This document shows, piece by piece, positions 25,270 through 33,265 of a DNA stretch of 64,000 nucleotides (the stretch's first letter is position 1; each line of letters opens with the position of its first letter). Made by a program: the position numbers and the translations under genes. The notes beneath the pieces are model-generated. The model worked only from the letters and a program-made list of their open reading frames with translations. It made no database searches and had not been told where the DNA came from. This DNA comes from an uncultured Gammaproteobacteria bacterium (GTDB lineage: Bacteria > Patescibacteriota > Patescibacteriia > Patescibacteriales > UBA12465): assembly GCA_964639785.1 (NCBI GenBank), contig CAZXEE010000001.1, forward strand, positions 243,832-307,831, in the 5' to 3' direction.

Positions 25270-26157
25270 ATGGCAACAATGAAAAAGCGCCCTAACTTTA
25301 AAGGTCAGGGCCAAGTTACGACAAGAAAACCAGTGGAAGAGGAAAAGACAGATAATGTTTCCCAATCCAAATGGTATCAGAAATTTTTTGAAGAGGGTAC
25401 TTTAGCGCATAAGTTTTTCAAGGTATTCCTTTCATTCCTTATCGCCTGGTTCGTATTATGGTTATCGAATAAGCTGTGGTTTGACCATCATTCTTTTTCG
25501 GTCAATGACCATTATGATTTCTGGGCCAAGACCGCTTGTGTCTTTATTGCTGGCGGGTTGATCTTGTTGGTGGTTGATGCGGTCTTTCAGACTGATGGCA
25601 ATTCGACTAAGCTGGCTGTCTTATTATTATTTTTTGTAACTGTTGCTGGGCATTATTTTCCAGCACCTTATTACAAGGATGGCAAACCGACAGTCTATGT
25701 GAACAGCCGTACCGGCGATGTCTATCAGAACGCTTATGCCGATATCAAGCATGATGCTCGGACTAACCGTGATTATTTTCTTCACCCGCGTTCTAATGAC
25801 ACTTGCTGGAATGATGCTCCTGCCAATGTTGAGCTTCTGTCTTTTGATGATAGTGATAATGAGGTGATCGGATCTAATTCTGGTTATAATCCGCCGTCAG
25901 AGGAGCTGGTCTATTACGTTGGAATATTCAATTTCAACTTGAGGGCTGGAGAAACCTTGAACCATTGGATAGCTTTCAGAGAACCGGTTCATATTGAATT
26001 ACTCTCGGATAATTATGATTACAAGATCATCTATTCCGAAAGCGAGCAATATCATGATGGTCCCGGTGTAGTTATACCTGATCGTTCTGGCACCAGATTT
26101 TTCCTAAAGGCCGGAAGTACGAATCAAAGTATTGTTATGAAAGTAACTCCGTTGTAA
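25270..26157 (+). CDS. Hypothetical membrane protein (3 TM plus a beta-rich C-terminal domain), co-operonic with the SPFH gene
   Basis: Preceded by one of the few clear Shine-Dalgarno sites (AGGAGG, 8 nt before the ATG). TM helices FKVFLSFLIAWFVLWL, CVFIAGGLILLVV and LAVLLLFFVTVAG. Confidence 0.6.
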   Translation: MATMKKRPNFKGQGQVTTRKPVEEEKTDNVSQSKWYQKFFEEGTLAHKFFKVFLSFLIAWFVLWLSNKLWFDHHSFSVNDHYDFWAKTACVFIAGGLILLVVDAVFQTDGNSTKLAVLLLFFVTVAGHYFPAPYYKDGKPTVYVNSRTGDVYQNAYADIKHDARTNRDYFLHPRSNDTCWNDAPANVELLSFDDSDNEVIGSNSGYNPPSEELVYYVGIFNFNLRAGETLNHWIAFREPVHIELLSDNYDYKIIYSESEQYHDGPGVVIPDRSGTRFFLKAGSTNQSIVMKVTPL

Positions 26158-26170
26158 AAAGAAACCTATA

Positions 26171-26198
26171 AAGGGGGTGATAACACCCCCTTTTTTTA
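26171..26198 (+). terminator. Intrinsic terminator
   Basis: AAGGGGGTG-ataa-CACCCCCTT followed by TTTTTT. Confidence 0.8.
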
Positions 26199-26251
26199 TT
26201 TTCTAAAATATGGTTTAATATAAATAGCTTTTAATCAATATTATTAATAAT

Positions 26252-26617
26252 ATGCGCAAAAAATTAATCTTATTAATTTTGCCGATGCTTTTTACTTTTT
26301 TGGTAGCTTTTCCGGTAATTGCTGCTAGCACTAATAATACTAGCGTTGTCAGCCTGAACAATCCTCTTGCCGCTGCTGGAGTAACCACTCCGCAACAATT
26401 GATTGGTAAAGTGATTAGCGCCATCTTGGGAGTTATCGGTTCCGTTGCTTTATTGATGTTTGTCTATGGCGGTTTTGTTTGGATGACAGCAGCTGGAAAT
26501 GAGAAGAAGGTTAGTCAGGGCAGGGACGTATTGATGTGGGCTGCCATCGGTTTAGTTATCATCTTTATCTCCTACGCCGCTGTCAAATTCTTGATTGGGG
26601 AAGTGATCGGAGTTTAA
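26252..26617 (+). CDS. Small TrbC/VirB2-like (type IV secretion pilin-like) membrane protein
   Basis: Signal peptide, ..NPLAAAGVTTPQQLIGKVI.., then two TM helices separated by MTAAGNEKKVSQGRD. This layout is typical of VirB2-like pilins common in CPR genomes. Confidence 0.5.
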   Translation: MRKKLILLILPMLFTFLVAFPVIAASTNNTSVVSLNNPLAAAGVTTPQQLIGKVISAILGVIGSVALLMFVYGGFVWMTAAGNEKKVSQGRDVLMWAAIGLVIIFISYAAVKFLIGEVIGV

Positions 26618-26644
26618 GCTGAAAAGGAAAATAGGTTGTTCTAT

Positions 26645-26672
26645 TTGACAATCTATTTTTATTGTGTAAAAT
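26645..26672 (+). promoter_or_regulatory. Sigma70-type promoter of tRNA-Tyr
   Basis: TTGACA-N16-TAAAAT, 23 nt upstream of the tRNA 5' end. Confidence 0.65.
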
Positions 26673-26694
26673 ATATATGTCATTTTGATATATT

Positions 26695-26777
26695 GGGTCG
26701 ATACCAAAGCGGTCAACTGGGGCAGACTGTAAATCTGCTGGCATCAGCCTTCGTAGGTTCGAATCCTACTCGGCCCA
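26695..26777 (+). tRNA. tRNA-Tyr (anticodon GTA), long variable arm
   Basis: Acceptor GGGTCGA/TCGGCCC, anticodon stem GCAGA/TCTGC with loop CTGTAAA, long variable arm, T arm GTAGG-TTCGAAT-CCTAC. Confidence 0.9.
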
Positions 26778-26780
26778 CTG

Positions 26781-26809
26781 AAGAGCTTGGAATATTCCAA
26801 GCTCTTTTT
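26781..26809 (+). terminator. Intrinsic terminator after tRNA-Tyr
   Basis: AAGAGCTTGG-aatatt-CCAAGCTCTT followed by TTTATTT. Confidence 0.8.
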
Positions 26810-26861
26810 ATTTGACCGAAACGGTTTTTTTTGGTTTAATTAAGGTATTAATCATAATCAT

Positions 26862-26972
26862 ATGCCTCATTTAATCGATTCGAATAAGATCGGCCGCAGC
26901 CTGATGAAGATTATCGGCGTTTTGCTTTTAGTCTTGCTAGCGGTCGGTATTGCTTTATATCTAATCAAGTAG
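26862..26972 (+). CDS. Possible 36-aa single-TM peptide
   Basis: MPHLIDSNKIGRSLMKIIGVLLLVLLAVGIALYLIK. Ends 4 nt before the mutM ATG. Only ORF logic supports it. Confidence 0.25.
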   Translation: MPHLIDSNKIGRSLMKIIGVLLLVLLAVGIALYLIK

Positions 26973-26976
26973 CTAT

Positions 26977-27855
26977 ATGCCTGAATTGCCGGAAGTGGAA
27001 ACTATCAGACGGGATCTGGAGACTTATCTCTTGAAAAAGAAGATCAAGACAGTTGAAGTCTTGGCGCCTAAGTCGATTTTTCCTGCGTCCCAGAAATTTG
27101 TTTCAACTTTGTCGGGGCAGTCTTTTTTGGGAATTGATCGGATTGGGAAGCTATTGATATTCCGTTTGTCTGATAAGAAGCATTTCTTGCTGGTCCATTT
27201 GAAGATGACTGGGCAGTTGGTCTATTCTTTCCACAACAAGCTGTTAGCCGGAGGCCATAGCTTGAAGGCTGAGAGCCTGTCGGGTTATGTCGGTGGAGAA
27301 TTGCCTAATCGGTCAACCAGAGTCTGGTTTTCTTTGGCTGATGGCAGCCGGCTCTTTTTCAATGATCAGCGCCGTTTCGGATATATGAAGCTGGTGGATT
27401 TGGAAGAAGTGGAGAGGGTCAAACAGGGATATGGGATCGAGCCGTTGACCCCAAACTTTACTGAAAAGAATTTTGTTCTGGCTATTAAAGGCCGGACCAA
27501 AAACATCAAAGCCTTATTATTAGATCAGACGCTGATTTCCGGGTTAGGTAATATTTATGCCGATGAGGCCTTATTTGCTGCCGGTATCCGGCCGAGCCGT
27601 CGAGCTTCCAGCCTGACCAAGGCTGAGATAGCGCGTTTGTATGGGGTGATAGAGGGATTAATTAGGCAAGCTATCAAGTATCGAGGGACGACTTTCAATA
27701 ATTATGTTGATGCCCAGGGAAAAAAGGGTAATTTTGTGAAGAAATTGCAGGTTTATGGCCGTTCTAAACAGGAATGCTTGAAATGCGGCGGTTTGATCAA
27801 AAAGACGAAAGTAGCCGGAAGAGGGACTCATTTTTGTCCCAATTGTCAAAAATAG
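26977..27855 (+). CDS. mutM: Formamidopyrimidine-DNA glycosylase
   Basis: N-terminal MPELPEVE and a C-terminal zinc finger CLKCGG...GRGTHFCPNCQ. Confidence 0.9.
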   Translation: MPELPEVETIRRDLETYLLKKKIKTVEVLAPKSIFPASQKFVSTLSGQSFLGIDRIGKLLIFRLSDKKHFLLVHLKMTGQLVYSFHNKLLAGGHSLKAESLSGYVGGELPNRSTRVWFSLADGSRLFFNDQRRFGYMKLVDLEEVERVKQGYGIEPLTPNFTEKNFVLAIKGRTKNIKALLLDQTLISGLGNIYADEALFAAGIRPSRRASSLTKAEIARLYGVIEGLIRQAIKYRGTTFNNYVDAQGKKGNFVKKLQVYGRSKQECLKCGGLIKKTKVAGRGTHFCPNCQK

Positions 27856-27863
27856 GCCGGAAA

Positions 27864-27892
27864 TTGACTTTCCTCGAACTATATTATATATT
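27864..27892 (+). promoter_or_regulatory. Sigma70-type promoter upstream of rpmG
   Basis: TTGACT-N17-TATATT. Confidence 0.45.
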
Positions 27893-27969
27893 AGAAGTAT
27901 AATAAATTTATATAACAACAAAACCATAGATGCTAGATGGCTTTTATGTTTTTAGTGTTAACAGAGATT

Positions 27970-28125
27970 ATGTCGCAAGACAACATGATTAAGTTGGAAT
28001 GCACCGAGTGCAAGACTATCAATTATCATTCTCATAAGAATAAGAAGATCTTAAAGGAGAGATTGGAAATGAATAAGTTTTGTAACGTCTGCCGCAAGCA
28101 CACTTTGCACAAGGAAACCAAATAA
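27970..28125 (+). CDS. rpmG: 50S ribosomal protein L33
   Basis: ..[40 protein letters not shown] fits the L33 pattern. ATG 27970 is preferred over 27937. Confidence 0.85.
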   Translation: MSQDNMIKLECTECKTINYHSHKNKKILKERLEMNKFCNVCRKHTLHKETK

Positions 28126-28154
28126 TAATTTAAGATGTCTATCACTCTAAAAAT

Positions 28155-29324
28155 ATGGACAACAAACTAAGCAAGCCGTTTTTGCTCTTGTTGGTCGTTT
28201 TTGTTTTAGCTGCCTGCTATCTGGTCTTCAAGCCGTTCTTGATCGAGATCGTTATTGCAGCCGTTCTGGTTTCTATCCTTTACAAGCCGTATGACAAGAT
28301 CAGGCGTCTTTTGGGCAATAGCCGGAATGCCGCTGCCTTGATTATGTGCTTGTCGGTCATTATCTTGATCGTTCTGCCTTTGTCGGAAGGGATGATCCTG
28401 GCTGGGAGAAAATCAGTTACAGCCTATAACGACGTTGTCCAGTTCTTTGGCCAGAATAATGAAGTTATCCAGAGTAAATATCTGAGACAATTGGATTTTG
28501 TCGGTTTAGATAATAGCAATGTAGAGAATTTCGTGATAGACATCGTCAAGCGCTCCAGCGATTGGATGGTGGGAGCGGCAACCTTTATCTTGAAGGGAAC
28601 TACCAGCTTCTTCGTTTCCTTGTTCTTTATCATCTTCGCTATGTTCTTTTTCTTTAGGGACGGCGAACGGATGCTGCGGAAACTGATGCTCTGGTCTCCG
28701 CTTCAGGACAAGTACAATTTGCGTCTTTTCAAGAAGTTCAAAGATGTCAGCTATTCGACTATCATTTCAACTTTCGTAACAGCTTTTGCCCAAGGCATCG
28801 TCGGTGCCATCGGTTATGCGATAATTGGTGTTCCGGCTTTTTTCCCAGGTATCTTGATAGCTTTCACTTCGCTTTTGCCATATATCGGTTCGATGCTGAT
28901 CTATATCCCGACTGGTATCTATCTGCTTATCACCGGTCAGATCTGGCAAGGTATATTCATCCTGTTGTGGGGGGCGATAGTTATCGGTAATACTGATAAT
29001 ATTATCCGGACCTATATGATCCAGGGTAAGGCTCATGTCAATCCGGTTTTCGTTTTCTTTTCTATCTTGGGGGGCGTTTCCTTGTTCGGTTTCTGGGGCG
29101 TAGTTATCGGTCCGTTAATCATCTCTATCGCTATCACCGTTTTCCATATCTATGAATTGGAGTATGGCTTGGTGCCGGAAGAGGAGGTTAAGGAGATTGT
29201 TGCTTCAGACAAGATTGATCAGAAACGGATAATGGAGAAAAATAAACAGGAGGAGGCAGAAGCTGCAAAAGAAAGGAAGGAAGAATTGAAAGAGAAGAAA
29301 GAAAAGGAAAAGGAGAAAAAATAA
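28155..29324 (+). CDS. AI-2E family transporter (PerM/UPF0118) with a Lys/Glu-rich tail
   Basis: Multi-TM protein with ..FVTAFAQGIVGAIGYAIIGVPAFFPGILIAFTSLLPYIGS.. typical of the family. The C-terminus is KE-rich. Confidence 0.75.
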   Translation: MDNKLSKPFLLLLVVFVLAACYLVFKPFLIEIVIAAVLVSILYKPYDKIRRLLGNSRNAAALIMCLSVIILIVLPLSEGMILAGRKSVTAYNDVVQFFGQNNEVIQSKYLRQLDFVGLDNSNVENFVIDIVKRSSDWMVGAATFILKGTTSFFVSLFFIIFAMFFFFRDGERMLRKLMLWSPLQDKYNLRLFKKFKDVSYSTIISTFVTAFAQGIVGAIGYAIIGVPAFFPGILIAFTSLLPYIGSMLIYIPTGIYLLITGQIWQGIFILLWGAIVIGNTDNIIRTYMIQGKAHVNPVFVFFSILGGVSLFGFWGVVIGPLIISIAITVFHIYELEYGLVPEEEVKEIVASDKIDQKRIMEKNKQEEAEAAKERKEELKEKKEKEKEKK

Positions 29325-29337
29325 TCAGATTATTTAT

Positions 29338-29408
29338 ACGGGATTCGTATAGTGGTAGTACAGCGGACTCCAAACCCGCTGGCGGGGGTTCGATTCCTCC
29401 ATCCCGTG
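29338..29408 (+). tRNA. tRNA-Trp (anticodon CCA)
   Basis: Acceptor ACGGGAT/ATCCCGT, anticodon loop CTCCAAA (the 31-39 pair is an A-C mismatch), T arm GGGGG-TTCGATT-CCTCC. Confidence 0.8.
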
Positions 29409-29417
29409 CAATATCAA

Positions 29418-29448
29418 AGAGACACAGCGACGCTGTGTCTCTTTTTTT
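29418..29448 (+). terminator. Intrinsic terminator after tRNA-Trp
   Basis: AGAGACACAG-cgacg-CTGTGTCTCT followed by TTTTTT. Confidence 0.85.
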
Positions 29449-29452
29449 ATGT

Positions 29453-29481
29453 TTGACAATTTCAGAGATATTGGATATTAT
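29453..29481 (+). promoter_or_regulatory. Sigma70-type promoter of an ORF-less transcription unit
   Basis: TTGACA-N17-TATTAT, directly after the tRNA-Trp terminator. Confidence 0.6.
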
Positions 29482-29487
29482 TGAGCT

Positions 29488-29734
29488 AACAGTGGTGGAG
29501 ATTAACCGGATCCACCATCTCCTCATAAGAGGCGACATGCTTAAGGTTATTATCAGTTTTTAAAATTGTTCTAAGTAGCGGCAAGCGAACAGGCAAGCAA
29601 AGGGGGGTCTGAACGGATAAGGCTCATATCCTAATACTCTTCGCCCTTTTATCAATATTTTTTAAACTGATGATTTTTAAATCGGACCACCGAAATTTAT
29701 AAAGCAAAGCTTTGTAGAAATCGGTGGTTTTTTC
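29488..29734 (+). ncRNA. Candidate structured small RNA (~245 nt), class unknown
   Basis: Bounded by its own promoter and by the long hairpin CCACCGA...TCGGTGG plus TTTTTT (29687-29734). No ORF longer than 8 codons. Internal helices include ATCAGTTT/AAACTGAT long-range pairing, GGATA-N7-TATCC and AAAGGG/CCCTTT. Confidence 0.4.
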
Positions 29735-29741
29735 TTTGTCA

Positions 29742-29770
29742 TTGACATTATTAATATATCGTGGTATTAT
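29742..29770 (+). promoter_or_regulatory. Sigma70-type promoter for the 29797 gene
   Basis: TTGACA-N17-TATTAT, the same hexamers as the promoter at 29453. Confidence 0.6.
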
Positions 29771-29796
29771 TAAAGGTCCTTTAAAATGTTGTAGAA

Positions 29797-30093
29797 ATGA
29801 AAAAAGAAGTTAAAAAATCGGAACCAAGGAAGTTATCTCTGGATGAGGTAACCACCCTTGAACGCTGGAGGTATGCCAGAAGCATGGCTACTGATCCGGT
29901 GGAAGTCAAAAAGCTCGATACGATCGCCAGGATAATTGCTCAGAATGATGTTAAGTCTGCCGTTATCTTTATCCGGGGGCACTGGTCCATCAGTCCGGAC
30001 CTCATATTGATCGTTTTCGGAGTCTTGGTCAGAAGCCAATATATTCTGGCTAAAAAGCTAAGGAAGGAAATTAAGTTTTCCTTTGTCGTTTAA
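29797..30093 (+). CDS. Hypothetical protein (98 aa)
   Basis: ORF between a consensus promoter and a hairpin terminator. No motif recognised. Confidence 0.5.
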   Translation: MKKEVKKSEPRKLSLDEVTTLERWRYARSMATDPVEVKKLDTIARIIAQNDVKSAVIFIRGHWSISPDLILIVFGVLVRSQYILAKKLRKEIKFSFVV

Positions 30094-30112
30094 AAACAGG
30101 ATATTTCTTCAA

Positions 30113-30145
30113 AAGGTCTGGATTCGTCCAGACTTTTCTTTTTTA
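30113..30145 (+). terminator. Intrinsic terminator
   Basis: GGTCTGGA-ttcg-TCCAGACT followed by TTTCTTTTTT. Confidence 0.75.
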
Positions 30146-30153
30146 GCCTGGTA

Positions 30154-30182
30154 TTAACATTTTATTATTATTGGGCTATAAT
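30154..30182 (+). promoter_or_regulatory. Sigma70-type promoter of kup
   Basis: TTAACA-N17-TATAAT, about 38 nt upstream of ATG 30220. Confidence 0.55.
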
Positions 30183-30235
30183 CATACAGTATTTCGTTTC
30201 ATATCATTTTTGAATCTCTATGAGTATTAGTAGCG

Positions 30236-30265
30236 AAAAGGCCGCCAAAAGGCCGCCAAAAGGCC
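30236..30265 (+). repeat. 11-bp tandem repeat (AAAAGGCCGCC x2.7) at the 5' end of kup
   Basis: Units at 30236-30246 and 30247-30257, with a partial third at 30258-30265. Confidence 0.95.
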
Positions 30266-30272
30266 TTTTAAT

Positions 30273-32162
30273 TTGTTATTGATAGTCGGCGCCTTAGGCG
30301 TCGTTTTTGGCGATATCGGAACCTCTCCTTTGTATGCCCTGACTGAGACTTTCTTCGGCCACCATCCTTTGGCTCGCAGTTTGGATAATGTTATGGGTGT
30401 CTTATCGCTGATCTTCTGGACCCTGATGATTGTCGTTACTATCAAATATATCTATCTGATCATGCGGGCTGACAACAAAGGGGAAGGGGGAATCTTTGCC
30501 TTGTTAGCTTTGTTGCGCCAAGGAAGGGTTAAGAAGGTCCTGGGATTGAGCGTAACGGTAGTCGTACTTATGGGCGCTACTTTGCTCTATGGCGATGGCA
30601 TGATTACTCCAGTCATTTCGGTCTTGTCGGCAGTGGAGGGTTTCAAAGTCTTGTCGCCTAACTTTTCTCCTTTTGTCGTTCCGGTGACTATCGCCATTCT
30701 CGTGTTGTTATTTTCCATCCAAAAGAAGGGAACAGGCAAGGTTGGCGGTTGGTTTGGTCCGATTATGGTTGTCTGGTTTGTAACCTTAATATTGTTAGGT
30801 CTACCTAAAATCATACAGCAGCCACAAGTTTTATGGGCTATTAACCCGATTTATGCTTTGAAATTTATCGGTCAGCATGGCTGGTTGACGCTCTTCGTTT
30901 TGAGCTCTATAGCTTTGTGTATTACTGGTTGCGAAGCTCTTTATGCTGATATGGGGCATTTCAATCGCCAGACCATTACTTGGGCTTGGACAGTATTAGT
31001 TTATCCGGCGTTGATTATCAATTATTTCGGTCAGGGCGCTTTATTGTTGTCAGGTGATGCTATTCCAAGCAATAATATTTTTTATGCCTTAGCTCCGCAA
31101 TGGGCTTTCTTGGGCGTGGTTGTAATAGCTACTGTGGCGACTATTGTTGCTAGCCAAGCTTTGATTTCCGGTGTTTATTCTCTCACTAGTCAAGCGGTTG
31201 CTTTGGGCTTATTCCCGAAGATCAAAATTATCCACACTAATCCGGATGTCGAAGGACAGATCTATGTTCCGGCTATGAATAAGGTCTTGGCTGTCGGTTG
31301 TATTATTTTGGCCTTGGTGTTCAGGACTTCGAGTGGCCTGGCAGCAGCCTATGGCATTGCAGTTACCGGTACCATGGTCATTACGACTTTAGTCTTTTAT
31401 CTTATCGTCCGGTATCTGTGGCACTGGTCTTGGTGGATGATCGCTCCGGTATTTTCTTTTTTGATAATTTTTGATTTGTCATTCTTTGCCAGTACTGTCT
31501 TGAAATTCTGGCAGGGCGGTTTCATTTCGATTCTGATTGCGGCCGCCTTATTCTTGATCATGTCGACTTGGGATTGGGGCCGGAAGATATCTCGAGCAGC
31601 CCATCTGTCCTTGCCGGGATTCTCGATTGCAGAATTGACTGAATTCCAGAATGATCCGAGCCAGAAATTTTTGAACCGTTCTATCGTCGTCATGTCCTCA
31701 CGTCCGATAACCAGAAGGCAGGATCGGATTCCGGCAGCTTTGAATTCATTTTTTTCTAAGTGGGGCTTGTTGTTGCCTAAGCATATCATCTTCTTGAATG
31801 TTTCATTCTTGAACAGCCCGCATGCCCGGAAAGCTGATCGTTACAGTATTATCAATTTCCAGCCGGATTCCAGCCGCGGCCGGATCATTTCCATCCAAGC
31901 CTTTTATGGTTACATGCAGCAGCCCAATATCCGCCATCTGTTAGTGGAGTTGAAACGGGACGGGAAGATCAAGATTCCGGCTGAAGCCCAGAAATGGCTG
32001 GTAATGGTCGCTCGAGACCGCTTCATTCTCCGTCCGCGCAATATCTTCAAGCGGATCAGGATTAATATTTTAAATGCCATGATCAGTTACACCAAGCCGA
32101 CTGTCAATTATTATGGCCTGAGCTATGACCACAAGGTGGATATCGAGACGATTAATATATAG
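30273..32162 (+). CDS. kup: KUP/HAK/KT potassium uptake transporter. As sequenced it starts at TTG; the ATG at 30220 is out of frame.
   Basis: GVVFGDIGTSPLYAL near the N-terminus, ~12 TM segments, GCEALYADMGHF, and a cytoplasmic C-terminal domain. Confidence 0.85.
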   Translation: MLLIVGALGVVFGDIGTSPLYALTETFFGHHPLARSLDNVMGVLSLIFWTLMIVVTIKYIYLIMRADNKGEGGIFALLALLRQGRVKKVLGLSVTVVVLMGATLLYGDGMITPVISVLSAVEGFKVLSPNFSPFVVPVTIAILVLLFSIQKKGTGKVGGWFGPIMVVWFVTLILLGLPKIIQQPQVLWAINPIYALKFIGQHGWLTLFVLSSIALCITGCEALYADMGHFNRQTITWAWTVLVYPALIINYFGQGALLLSGDAIPSNNIFYALAPQWAFLGVVVIATVATIVASQALISGVYSLTSQAVALGLFPKIKIIHTNPDVEGQIYVPAMNKVLAVGCIILALVFRTSSGLAAAYGIAVTGTMVITTLVFYLIVRYLWHWSWWMIAPVFSFLIIFDLSFFASTVLKFWQGGFISILIAAALFLIMSTWDWGRKISRAAHLSLPGFSIAELTEFQNDPSQKFLNRSIVVMSSRPITRRQDRIPAALNSFFSKWGLLLPKHIIFLNVSFLNSPHARKADRYSIINFQPDSSRGRIISIQAFYGYMQQPNIRHLLVELKRDGKIKIPAEAQKWLVMVARDRFILRPRNIFKRIRINILNAMISYTKPTVNYYGLSYDHKVDIETINI

Positions 32163-32172
32163 GAATAGCAAA

Positions 32173-32198
32173 AACCCTCGGAAAGTCTGAGGGTTTTT
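32173..32198 (+). terminator. Intrinsic terminator after kup
   Basis: CCCTC-ggaaagtct-GAGGG followed by TTTTT. Confidence 0.6.
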
Positions 32199-32243
32199 AT
32201 ATTAGAGGCGAAAGATGGTATAATATGGGTATAATATAATCAT

Positions 32244-32618
32244 ATGAACTTAGCTCCGAAGAGAAGTTTCTTGGCCTGGGGGTTGCTGTTATTGGCCGTC
32301 TTGGCTTTGATTTATTTCATCAGTCCGCATCGGGCTGATTATCTGCGGTATCTTAGGGAGCCGCAAGCGGGTATCGCTCTCCACCAACCCCTAACCCTAG
32401 AAGACGTTCCCATGATCCAATCCTGGATGACCTTTGATTATCTTAATCGGGTTTTCGGTTTGCCGGCTTATTACCTAGCGGCTGTCTTGGAGATTAATGA
32501 TGAGAATTATCCGAATCTGGTTATCCAGCATTATGTCAGTGACCAGGGGTTGGATCTACAGTCGTTTTCAGCTCGAGTCCAGGCGGTGATAACTGATTAT
32601 CTAAGTTCAAAGCCATGA
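32244..32618 (+). CDS. Hypothetical membrane-anchored protein (124 aa)
   Basis: N-terminal TM FLAWGLLLLAVLALIYFI. Its stop overlaps the next start (ATGA at 32615). Confidence 0.5.
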   Translation: MNLAPKRSFLAWGLLLLAVLALIYFISPHRADYLRYLREPQAGIALHQPLTLEDVPMIQSWMTFDYLNRVFGLPAYYLAAVLEINDENYPNLVIQHYVSDQGLDLQSFSARVQAVITDYLSSKP

Positions 32619-33223
32619 GTTCTATCTTAGCTCTAGCTTTATCTTATGTTTTGCTCTATAAATACCTGGCGCTATTTATCATGATTTTCGGGGCGGCTTT
32701 GGTTTTGCCGATCCCGTCCAATGTCGTCATGATCGCGGTTGGCGTGTTCTGCAATCAGGGCTATATGGATCCGCTGGCTTCTTTTGCGGTGATTTTTCTG
32801 GCTAATGTCCTGGGTGACTTAGCTGGTTATTTTTTGACTAGGCATTACGGCCAATCCCTTTGGCAGAGATTCATCCGTCGCCAGCCCGCCTATCTCGTTA
32901 ATCTGGAAAGATACATCAAGAGTTCGGTCGGTTGGACGATTGTCATTACGCGCTTCATCAATACTATCGGATTCGTGGTTAATCTTTTTTGCGATTTGGT
33001 TAAGTTGCCTTTCAAAAAATTTTTGGGCTGGGACATCATCGGCAATATATTGGGAATTTCATTGATGATGGTCATCGGTTTCGTCTTCAGCAAATATTGG
33101 GGGCAGGCTGCTGATTTTGCCAATCTATTCAGTCTCGGATTGCTGTTTATCTTGATAGTTTCAGTGATTATCAAGATTACCTCCTGGAATCGTCATCGGC
33201 CGCCGGAAATGGCAGTGAAATAA
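32615..33223 (+). CDS. DedA/SNARE-associated (VTT domain) family membrane protein
   Basis: ..LVLPIPSNVVMIAVG.. and ..FLANVLGDLAGYFLTRHYG.. fit the DedA pattern. Confidence 0.6.
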   Translation: MSSILALALSYVLLYKYLALFIMIFGAALVLPIPSNVVMIAVGVFCNQGYMDPLASFAVIFLANVLGDLAGYFLTRHYGQSLWQRFIRRQPAYLVNLERYIKSSVGWTIVITRFINTIGFVVNLFCDLVKLPFKKFLGWDIIGNILGISLMMVIGFVFSKYWGQAADFANLFSLGLLFILIVSVIIKITSWNRHRPPEMAVK

Positions 33224-33253
33224 AAAGCTCCCGCTATCAGCGAGAGCTTTTTT
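33223..33253. terminator. Bidirectional terminator between convergent genes
   Basis: AGCTCCCGCT-atc-AGCGAGAGCT (one mismatch), flanked by an A-run and a T-run. Confidence 0.7.
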
Positions 33254-33265
33254 GGTTCCAGTTAA

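Noticed and set aside
29188-29538. 116-aa minus-strand ORF
   Set aside because: It runs through the 3' end of the AI-2E gene, tRNA-Trp, its terminator and a promoter, so it is not a plausible gene.
29660-29700. Hammerhead-like CTGATGA ... GAAA in the candidate RNA (and CTGATGG...GAAA at 34562-34610)
   Set aside because: The sequence between the two core elements cannot form the required stem II. The second case also has G in place of the conserved A9.
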